Shown here piece after piece: positions 48,381 through 55,973 of a stretch of 64,000 nt of DNA; within the stretch, counting starts at the first letter, position 1, and each line of letters opens with the position of its first letter. The stretch is from Candidatus Eiseniibacteriota bacterium. Its GTDB lineage: Bacteria > Eisenbacteria > RBG-16-71-46 > CAZAMP01. The position numbers and the translations under genes are program-made. The stretch is taken from assembly GCA_965224245.1 (NCBI GenBank), contig OZ245046.1, forward strand, positions 1,632,001 to 1,696,000, read 5' to 3'. Below the pieces are notes generated by a model. The model was given only the letters and a program-made list of their open reading frames with translations, did not search any database and was not told where the DNA came from.

Positions 48381-49787
48381 ATGGATCTGGAAAGAAAGCC
48401 GACCCGATTCGACTCGCCCACTCGATCCGGGAGAGCCCCGTTGACCACACGACGCCTTCCGGTCGCCGGCGCGGCGACCCTTCTCGCACTCTCGGCGCTG
48501 ATGGCGCCCTTTCCCCGGACCGCGGCCGCCGACGACGGAGCGGCCGCCGCGAAGACTCGCACCGAGCCTGCGGACACCCGCACCGAGCCCGCGGACACGG
48601 CACCGGAGGTTCCGGCTCCCGTGGACCTTCGTGACGATCCCCTGCCATCGCTCGTGGCCGAGCCGGCCCCCGGCGAGGACGGAATCTCGCCGTGGTACGA
48701 CCGGCTCGACATCACGGGCTTCGCCGCGGCGGGGTTCCTCGACTCCGGGCCCGCCGGAGATCGTCCTGAGGGCGGCTTCGCCGTCAAGGAGTCGGCGCTC
48801 TTCCTGGAGGCCGACGTCTGGGAGGGCACGTCGGTCTTCTTCGAGGTTCAGGTGAACCCGCTCCTTCAGGACGCCCGCATCCAGTTCCAGACCGGCGAGG
48901 TGTACGCCGCCTTCCGGGACGTGTGGCGGAGCGATCGCGGCGACCGGCTCGGGTTCAAGGTCGGGCGGATCGACATCCCGTTCGGCGAGGAGTACCTGTG
49001 GGACGACACGCAGGACAACCCGCTGATCTCACACTCGGTTGGCTTTCCCTGGCTCACCGACGAGGGCGTGGCCGCGTTCGGACGGCTTCGCGGCGTCGGC
49101 TGGGTGGCCGCCATCACCGATGGCACGATGGAGCGGAGCGTCGACGAGAACGTCTCGAAGGCGCTGAACCTGAAGCTCTTCGGTCGTCCGTGGCGACCTC
49201 TCTACCTGAGCGCGAGCGCGATGAAGAACGACGAGACCTCCGGCAGCGCGCTCTATCTCGGGGAGACGTGCTTCCAGCCGGTGGGCGCGCCCGTGCACGG
49301 ACGTGACGTCACGTCCACCGCCGGGTTCAGCCCGAGCGAGCGTGTCGAGGCCTCGCTGTACGAGGTGACCGCCACCGTCTCGGGTCCCAATGCCTCGGAG
49401 CTGTGGCTCACGCTCGGCCAGGCGTGGGTCGACGACGCCGAGGACACCTACGACCGCTCGCTGACCTGGTTCACGGTGCAGGCGCGCACGAACCTACCCG
49501 GACACCGCGCGTACGTGGCCGCACGACACAGCGAGTTCGGGACGTACGACGCCGATGAGGGCTACCAGATCGGCGGTGGCTTCCTGACCGACGGACGTCG
49601 CGCGTTCGGCTACGACACGCGCCGCCTCGGTCGGACCTCGGCCGGATTCGGCTGGATCGTGAACCCGCGGGTCACGATGCGGGTGGAGGTCGGTCGTGAT
49701 CGGTTCGAGCTGATCGACGCCTCGCCGCTCGAGCCGGACAACGGCGACCGGACGTTCACGGCCGCGGAGATGGTCGTGACCTTCTAG
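48381..49787 (+). CDS. Outer-membrane porin-like beta-barrel
   Basis: Signal peptide, acidic Pro-rich linker, FKVGRIDIPFGEEY, amphipathic strands, C-terminal Phe (EMVVTF); start uncertain (48381 or TTG 48441). Confidence 0.72.
   Translation: MDLERKPTRFDSPTRSGRAPLTTRRLPVAGAATLLALSALMAPFPRTAAADDGAAAAKTRTEPADTRTEPADTAPEVPAPVDLRDDPLPSLVAEPAPGEDGISPWYDRLDITGFAAAGFLDSGPAGDRPEGGFAVKESALFLEADVWEGTSVFFEVQVNPLLQDARIQFQTGEVYAAFRDVWRSDRGDRLGFKVGRIDIPFGEEYLWDDTQDNPLISHSVGFPWLTDEGVAAFGRLRGVGWVAAITDGTMERSVDENVSKALNLKLFGRPWRPLYLSASAMKNDETSGSALYLGETCFQPVGAPVHGRDVTSTAGFSPSERVEASLYEVTATVSGPNASELWLTLGQAWVDDAEDTYDRSLTWFTVQARTNLPGHRAYVAARHSEFGTYDADEGYQIGGGFLTDGRRAFGYDTRRLGRTSAGFGWIVNPRVTMRVEVGRDRFELIDASPLEPDNGDRTFTAAEMVVTF
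48555..48596 (+). repeat. In-frame 21-bp tandem duplication (TRTEPAD x2)
   Basis: ACTCGCACCGAGCCTGCGGAC / ACCCGCACCGAGCCCGCGGAC. Confidence 0.8.
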
Positions 49788-50015
49788 TGTCGCGGCGGCG
49801 CGCCGCGTCCGCCGCGAACATTCGGGTCTGGATCCTCCAGCACCGCGAGCCGGTCGGGCGAGGACCTCACCGGTCGAGCCTTGCACGCCCCGACGAGATC
49901 GCCCTGCCTCGAACCACTCCGATCTTCCGCCTGTCCGTTGCCGTGGGCGCGGACGCATCCCCCGTCCGGGCACCGTGCCGAGACCATGGCCGGCTTCGGA
50001 CGCGACCGTGTGGAG

Positions 50016-50044
50016 TTGACCCGACCCCGGGGGCGGTCCATTCT
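50016..50044 (+). promoter_or_regulatory. Possible sigma70 promoter
   Basis: TTGACC-N17-CATTCT, upstream of a GAGGAGG RBS. Confidence 0.4.
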
Positions 50045-50080
50045 GCGGCCGGCCGGAGGGCTCCAACGAGGAGGTGTCGA

Positions 50081-50485
50081 GTGAACTGGACGCGAACGAT
50101 CGTGACGGCCGTCGTCGGTGGCGTGGTCATGTGGCTGGCGAGCGGCCTCCTTCACGGCGTGGTCATGGGCGGGACGTACACCCGGTACCCGGACGTCTTC
50201 ACCCAGGAGGCGACCAATCCCCTGTTCTTCCTCCTGATCGAGGTCCTGATCGCACTCCCGGCCGCCGTCATCTTCGCCAAGACGCGGGCGAGCTGGGCGC
50301 CGGGGGTCGCAGGCGGGGTCACGTTCGGGTTCTGGCTCGGGCTCGTGGGGTCGTTCGCGCAGCACTTCAGCCCGCTGGTGCTCGAGGGCTTCCCGTACTA
50401 TCTCGGCTGGTGCTGGTTCGGAATCAGCATGATCGTCACGCTTCTGATGGGCGCGACGTTCGGGCTCATGATCCGGCGCGTCTAG
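50081..50485 (+). CDS. Small 4-TM membrane protein of unknown function
   Basis: GTG start after GAGGAGG; four hydrophobic segments. Confidence 0.72.
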   Translation: MNWTRTIVTAVVGGVVMWLASGLLHGVVMGGTYTRYPDVFTQEATNPLFFLLIEVLIALPAAVIFAKTRASWAPGVAGGVTFGFWLGLVGSFAQHFSPLVLEGFPYYLGWCWFGISMIVTLLMGATFGLMIRRV

Positions 50486-50576
50486 CCGGACGCTCCCGCG
50501 TCGCATCGGTTCGCGCGGCGGCTCCGCCGGCCGCCGCCCTCCTTCACACTCGACACGAACCACGCTGGGTTTCGGT

Positions 50577-53195
50577 ATGCCGGATCGGGACATCACCACG
50601 TCGGAGCCGGGCTCACGCCCCGCGTCCCTCGTCGCGCTCATGCTGGTGTTCTTCGCCTCGGGCGCCGCCGCGCTGATCTACGAGGTTCTGTGGCTGAAGG
50701 AGCTCGGGCGACTGTTCGGGGTCACCGCGCACTCGGCCGCCGTGACCCTCAGCGTGTTCTTCCTCGGGCTCTCGGCCGGCGGTGCGGTCTGGGGTCGCCG
50801 CGCTGCCGGCGTACGCTCTCCGCTTCGCACCTATGCGGCGCTCGAGATCGGCATCGCGATCACGGCGTGTCTCTACTTCGGGCTCGTCGATCTGTTCCAC
50901 CTGATCTACGGGCCACTGCTCGCCAAGACGGGCTCCAGCGGCACCCTGGCCACGGGGATCAAGCTGGCGCTCGCCACGATCGTGCTGTTCCCACCCGCGT
51001 TCTTCATGGGCGGGACGTTGCCCGTGATGGCACAGCTCCTGGTCAGGCGGGCCGACGAGCTCGGGCGACGCGCGAGCCTCCTCTATGCGGTGAACACGAT
51101 CGGCGCCGCCTCCGGGGCGTTTCTGGCGGGCTTCCACCTGCCCCGGGTCCTCGGCTACGCGGGAGCGTACTCGGTGGCCATCGGAATCAACGTCGTGGCG
51201 GCCGCGACGACGTTCGCCTGGAGTCGGCGCTGGCCGGCTCCACCGCCCGTCGTGCCCGAGCCCCGACCGACCGCGCCGGGTCACCCGGCCGAGCCCGGAG
51301 GGTTCTCCCTTCGCGCGCTCGGAGTCGTCGCGGCGGTGTCCGGCTTCGTAACCCTCGGCCTCGAAGTACTCTGGACGCACATGTTCGCGCAGATTCTGCA
51401 GAACTCCGTCTACACCTTCTCGGCCGTGCTGACGCTCTTCCTGGGAGCGCTGGCGCTGGGCTCGGTCCTCGCCGGCCGGCTCTGCCGCCTTCGGACCGTG
51501 TCGCCCCCACTGGTGCTGGGGGCGCTGATGATCGTGTCCGGTCTCCTGGTCGCATGGACGCCGCCGACCCTCTTCGCGCTCAGCTCGGGGCTCGACGAGC
51601 TCGGCCGCGGCCTCGGCTGGAACGCGTACGTCTCGCGGGTGTTCGTGGTCGTGGGCGCGGTGCTCGTGGTTCCGGTGACCGTGATGGGCGCCGTCTTCCC
51701 CTACCTGATGAAGATCGGCGAGCGCGGCATGGTCAGCGCCGGACGCACGGTCGGCTCGCTCGCCTCGATCAACACCGCCGCCGCGATCGTGGGCTCCGTC
51801 GTGGCCGGCTTCGTGCTCCTCGAGCGGTGGGGAACCTGGACGAGCATCCGCGCCCTCGCCGTCACCTACCTCGTCCTGGGCGCCGTCGTCGTCCGCGGGC
51901 GCTCGCGCGCGGCGCTCGCCGTGCGTGCCCTGGGCATCGCCGGGGCCGTGGTGTTCGGGCTCCTCGTGCGATGGGACGATCTCACCGACGTCCGGCTCGA
52001 CGCGGCGCGTCACGAGACGGTCGTCCGGACCTGGCAGGGACCGCACGGCACGGTCTCGGTCGTGGACGCGGACGGGAGCCTCCGGCTGAAGGTGAACAAC
52101 ACGTACACGCTCGGAAGCAGCCTGTCGCACCTGAACCAGCGACTCCAGTCTCAGATCCCGCTGCTGCTCCACCCCGACCCGCGATCGGTCTTCTACCTGG
52201 GTCTGGGGACCGGCGTCACCGCGAGCGGCGCGCTCGCGTTTCCGGTGGACGAGGTCGTGGTCTGCGAGCTCAACGGCGACGTGATCGAGGCCAGCCGGAC
52301 CTGCTTCGCACCCTGGCTGGAAGGCCTCTTCGGCGACCCCCGGGTGTCGGTCCTGGAGGAGGACGGGCGGGTGTACCTGGCCACCTCGACCGACACCTTC
52401 GACGTCGTGATCGCGGACATCTTCCTGACCTACCGAGCCGGCGTCGGCGCCCTCTACACGCGCGAGCACTTCGAGGCCGTGCGCGACCGCCTCGCGCCCG
52501 GGGGGCTCTTCGCACAGTGGCTTCCGATGTTCGATCTCACCGAGGAGGAGTTCGGCATCATCGTACGCACGATGCTGGAGGTGTTCCCGGAGGTCACGCT
52601 GTGGCGCCGGGGCTTCTCGCCGAAGTTCCCGGTACACCTGCTTCTCGGGCACGAGTCGACCGCGCGGCTGGATGTGACCCGGTTCCGCGACGGTCTCGAC
52701 GCCCTCGACGCGTCGGGGGTGCTGGGCCGGAACGTCTGGATTCAGAACATCCCGCTGGCCGCGTACGTGGCCAACCTCGGGCGGCTCCGCGACGCGTTCC
52801 ACGGCTACGCCGTCAGCACCGACGACCGGGTGCCGCTCGAGTACCTGGCCCCGGTGAGCGATCGGGACGCCGAGGTCGGACGCGCCACCGTGCTCGCGTG
52901 GGACGCGCTGGTCGCCTTCGAGGCGGGCCTCGTGGCCGCGTCGCCCCCGGAGGTCGACCCGTACCTCGCGTCGGTCCCGCCGGACATGCGGCGTCAGGTA
53001 CGCGCCGGTCTGGCGTTCTACGGCCACGAGACCCATCGGCGGATGAGGGATTCCGAGGCGGCGGCGCGATACCTGGTGCGCTACCGCGAGCTCGTGGCCG
53101 CGAGCGGCGGGGCCGGGGCCCGTTCGCCCGCGGCCGGGCCGTCCGCCGACGACGAGGGTTCGGGGGAAGATTCCGGCCCCGGGGCACCGGACTGA
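50577..53195 (+). CDS. Fused multi-TM / spermidine-synthase-like protein (paralog 2)
   Basis: FFASGAAALIYEVLW, MGGTLP, LYAVNTIGA; YLGLGTGVT, CELN, EDGRVYL, FDVVIAD, LYTREHF, QWLP. Confidence 0.87.
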   Translation: MPDRDITTSEPGSRPASLVALMLVFFASGAAALIYEVLWLKELGRLFGVTAHSAAVTLSVFFLGLSAGGAVWGRRAAGVRSPLRTYAALEIGIAITACLYFGLVDLFHLIYGPLLAKTGSSGTLATGIKLALATIVLFPPAFFMGGTLPVMAQLLVRRADELGRRASLLYAVNTIGAASGAFLAGFHLPRVLGYAGAYSVAIGINVVAAATTFAWSRRWPAPPPVVPEPRPTAPGHPAEPGGFSLRALGVVAAVSGFVTLGLEVLWTHMFAQILQNSVYTFSAVLTLFLGALALGSVLAGRLCRLRTVSPPLVLGALMIVSGLLVAWTPPTLFALSSGLDELGRGLGWNAYVSRVFVVVGAVLVVPVTVMGAVFPYLMKIGERGMVSAGRTVGSLASINTAAAIVGSVVAGFVLLERWGTWTSIRALAVTYLVLGAVVVRGRSRAALAVRALGIAGAVVFGLLVRWDDLTDVRLDAARHETVVRTWQGPHGTVSVVDADGSLRLKVNNTYTLGSSLSHLNQRLQSQIPLLLHPDPRSVFYLGLGTGVTASGALAFPVDEVVVCELNGDVIEASRTCFAPWLEGLFGDPRVSVLEEDGRVYLATSTDTFDVVIADIFLTYRAGVGALYTREHFEAVRDRLAPGGLFAQWLPMFDLTEEEFGIIVRTMLEVFPEVTLWRRGFSPKFPVHLLLGHESTARLDVTRFRDGLDALDASGVLGRNVWIQNIPLAAYVANLGRLRDAFHGYAVSTDDRVPLEYLAPVSDRDAEVGRATVLAWDALVAFEAGLVAASPPEVDPYLASVPPDMRRQVRAGLAFYGHETHRRMRDSEAAARYLVRYRELVAASGGAGARSPAAGPSADDEGSGEDSGPGAPD

Positions 53196-53244
53196 TCGCG
53201 TCTCGCCCCGGCCGCGCCTGCAGCCCCGGGCCGTGACGCCGCTT

Positions 53245-53274
53245 TTGACTCCGGGCGGTTCCCGTGGCCAGAAT
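53245..53274 (+). promoter_or_regulatory. Possible sigma70 promoter for the GT2 locus
   Basis: TTGACT-N18-CAGAAT. Confidence 0.35.
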
Positions 53275-53347
53275 GAGGACGACAACGCCGGGCGAGCGTG
53301 ACGCGTGCCGGCGCGCAGACCACTCTCGGACGGGCAGCGAACGAAAC

Positions 53348-55006
53348 GTGCCAGTGGCGATTGCTCGGAACTGGATCGCGCCGATCCTGCTCGGCTCCCT
53401 GATGCTCCTGGGCGCGCTCGGGTTCGACGGCGTGTCATCGGACAACACCCACCATCTCCTCGCCGCATACGCACGGCTGGACCCGGGCTTTCTCGCGAAC
53501 GACTGGTTCACGCATCACACGCAGTCCTTTCATGCGTTCTTCGAGGTCTACGCCGCCTGGTGGCTCGCGCGGGACGCCCTCCTGCCCGGGCTCTTCGTCT
53601 GGTACGCGATCAACCTCCTGGCGCTGAGCGCGGCGCTGGTGATCACGATCCGCCACGTGGGCACGCCACACCGGCGGGTTCCCGTCTTGCTGGCGGCGAT
53701 CGGGCTTCTCCTGGTCGGCGTGCGCGCGGGATGGGGCGAGTACCAGATCATCTCCGGGCAGGCATTGCCCGCGTACCTCGGGTATCCTCCCGCGCTCGTG
53801 GGCATCGTGCTCGTGTTCCAGCGTCGGTACCTGTGGGCGGCGGCCGCGGTCGCGATCGCGTTCACCGTGCACCAGGGTCTCGGCGCCCTGATGGTGCTCG
53901 TCTTGATCGGACCGCTCCTCGTGGAGCGCCCGCGGACGCGTCGCGAGATCGTGGAGGCGGCATTCGGGGTCGGACTGGTGGCGCTCTGCCTCCTCCCGAC
54001 CGCGCTCGGCGCGCTGAACCGCGACGCCGGCGCGGCCGAGGCATTCGAGATCTTCTTCTATGGACGCGCGCCTCACCACTACGCGATCCGCTTCGCGCCG
54101 GCGGCCGTGCACCTCGCGTCGGTGCACGTCCTGGTCACGAGCGTCGTCCTCGCACTGGCCGCGAGCCGCGCCCGCGAGCGAGCGGCGCTCCTCGGCCTGG
54201 CCGGCGGCGTCTTCGTGCTCTGCGCGCTGGGGGTGCTCCTCCTGGAGGTCTGGTACGTGCCGGCCTTCATCCGGCTCTTTCCGTACCGCGCCCTCCCCCT
54301 CGTGATCGCCGTGAATGCATGCGTGATCGCGGCCCGGGTGTTCGGCGCCGACGTCACCGCGCGCGAGCGCGGATCGGCCGCGGTGCTCGCGCTGTCGGGG
54401 GTCGGCGTCGCGTTCGTCCCCGTGGCTGCGTTCGCGCTCTTGCCGGTGGCCCTCGCGCTGGCCTCTCGAGCCCCGCAACGACCGGGCCCGGGGTGGCCGG
54501 TGGCGATCGGCACCGCGATCGCCCTCGTGGCCGCGCTCGTTCACGCCCGCGTGACGGCTCCGCCGCTGTTCTTCCGGCCGTGGCCCTCGCCGATCATGCT
54601 GGAGCTGCGCGACGCGATCGCCGAGGTCACGCCGCCGGACGCGATCCTCTCGGTGCCCCCGTGGCTGACCGGCGTCCGGCTGGCCATCGATCGAGCCATC
54701 GTGGTGAACTGGAAGAACTTCCCTGTCTACGGTCCCGAAATGGTAGCGTGGGCCGATCGGATGCGGGACGTCACCGGAGTCGATCCACGGGACGCCAGAA
54801 CGCTCCTGGAGCGCGGCACGACGCTGCACGAGGCATGTTCCCGGGGCTACCAGGAGCGCGGCTACGACGAGCTCGTGCGCGCCTCGCGCAGGTACGGAGC
54901 CACCCATGTCCTGGTGCAGTGCGACAGCCCCTTTCACTGGCAGGCCAAGGCCCGCGGCGTGCAGCCGGTGTGGGCCGAGAGCTGCTTCGAGCTGTACCGA
55001 CTCTGA
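53348..55006 (+). CDS. Polytopic membrane protein, DUF6798-like (possible GT-C glycosyltransferase/polymerase)
   Basis: DPGFLANDWF loop, >10 TMs, RAPHHY, RAIVVNWKNFP…WADRM; start approximate. Confidence 0.6.
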   Translation: MPVAIARNWIAPILLGSLMLLGALGFDGVSSDNTHHLLAAYARLDPGFLANDWFTHHTQSFHAFFEVYAAWWLARDALLPGLFVWYAINLLALSAALVITIRHVGTPHRRVPVLLAAIGLLLVGVRAGWGEYQIISGQALPAYLGYPPALVGIVLVFQRRYLWAAAAVAIAFTVHQGLGALMVLVLIGPLLVERPRTRREIVEAAFGVGLVALCLLPTALGALNRDAGAAEAFEIFFYGRAPHHYAIRFAPAAVHLASVHVLVTSVVLALAASRARERAALLGLAGGVFVLCALGVLLLEVWYVPAFIRLFPYRALPLVIAVNACVIAARVFGADVTARERGSAAVLALSGVGVAFVPVAAFALLPVALALASRAPQRPGPGWPVAIGTAIALVAALVHARVTAPPLFFRPWPSPIMLELRDAIAEVTPPDAILSVPPWLTGVRLAIDRAIVVNWKNFPVYGPEMVAWADRMRDVTGVDPRDARTLLERGTTLHEACSRGYQERGYDELVRASRRYGATHVLVQCDSPFHWQAKARGVQPVWAESCFELYRL

Positions 55007-55015
55007 GCGGGCGGG

Positions 55016-55969
55016 GTGATCGTGGATCAGCGCGTGTCGATCGTGGTTCCGGTCTATAACGAGCGCGCCAACGTGGCCCCTCTCCTCGGCGCGGTGCGGG
55101 CGGTGCTCGAGACCCTCCAGGTGGCATTCGAGCTCGTCGTCGTGGACGACTGCTCCGACGACGGCACGTTCGAACTCCTCTCTGAGCTCCAGGAGACGTT
55201 CCCGATGCTCCGGGTGATCCGGCTCTCGCGCAACTTCGGCCATCAGCCCGCGCTCCTGGCGGGCATGCGCGCGGCCACCGGCGACGCCGTCATCACGATG
55301 GACGGAGATCTCCAGCACCCGCCCGAGGTGATCCCCGAGCTGATCGAATCCTGGCGAGCCGGCAACCAGGTGGTGCACACGGTCCGGGACGACGTCGCCG
55401 GGCGCGCGCCCCTCCTGAAGCGGGTGCCGTCGAGGGGGTTCTACCGGCTCCTGCGCTGGATCTCTCACATCCCCATCCGCCCCGGGATGGCCGACTTCCG
55501 GCTCGTCGATCGCGTGGCGCTCGATCACGTGCTCGCCCTCGACGACTCCGCGCTCTTCTTTCGCGGCATGTTCTTGTGGGTGGGCTTCGACCAGAGCTTC
55601 GTCGGCTACGTGCCGCGGAAGCGCCCCGGCGGCGGGTCGCGTTACACGGTGCGCAAGATGGCGCGCTTCGCGCGCGACGGCATCCTGTCGTTCTCGGCGG
55701 TGCCGCTGTACTGGTCCTTCGCGATCGGCGCGTTCACGTCCCTCTGCGCCACCGCGTACGGGCTCTACGCGATCTACGTGCGTCTGTTCCGGGACACCGC
55801 GATTCCCGGCTGGGCGTCGCTGGCGGTGCTGACGTCGTTCCTGTTCGGGGTCCTGTTCATGCTGCTCGGACTGATCGGCTCGTACGTGGCGGCGTCGCAT
55901 ACCGAGCTCAAGCGACGCCCGCCGTACGTGGTCCGCGACGACCTGCCCCCCCGGCACGATCCCTGGTAG
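55016..55969 (+). CDS. GT2 polyprenol-phosphate glycosyltransferase (GtrB/YkoT-like)
   Basis: SIVVPVYNE, VDDCSDDGT, LSRNFGHQ, MDGDLQHPPE, DFRL, two C-terminal TMs, KRRPPY. Confidence 0.92.
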   Translation: MIVDQRVSIVVPVYNERANVAPLLGAVRAVLETLQVAFELVVVDDCSDDGTFELLSELQETFPMLRVIRLSRNFGHQPALLAGMRAATGDAVITMDGDLQHPPEVIPELIESWRAGNQVVHTVRDDVAGRAPLLKRVPSRGFYRLLRWISHIPIRPGMADFRLVDRVALDHVLALDDSALFFRGMFLWVGFDQSFVGYVPRKRPGGGSRYTVRKMARFARDGILSFSAVPLYWSFAIGAFTSLCATAYGLYAIYVRLFRDTAIPGWASLAVLTSFLFGVLFMLLGLIGSYVAASHTELKRRPPYVVRDDLPPRHDPW

Positions 55970-55973
55970 TCCG

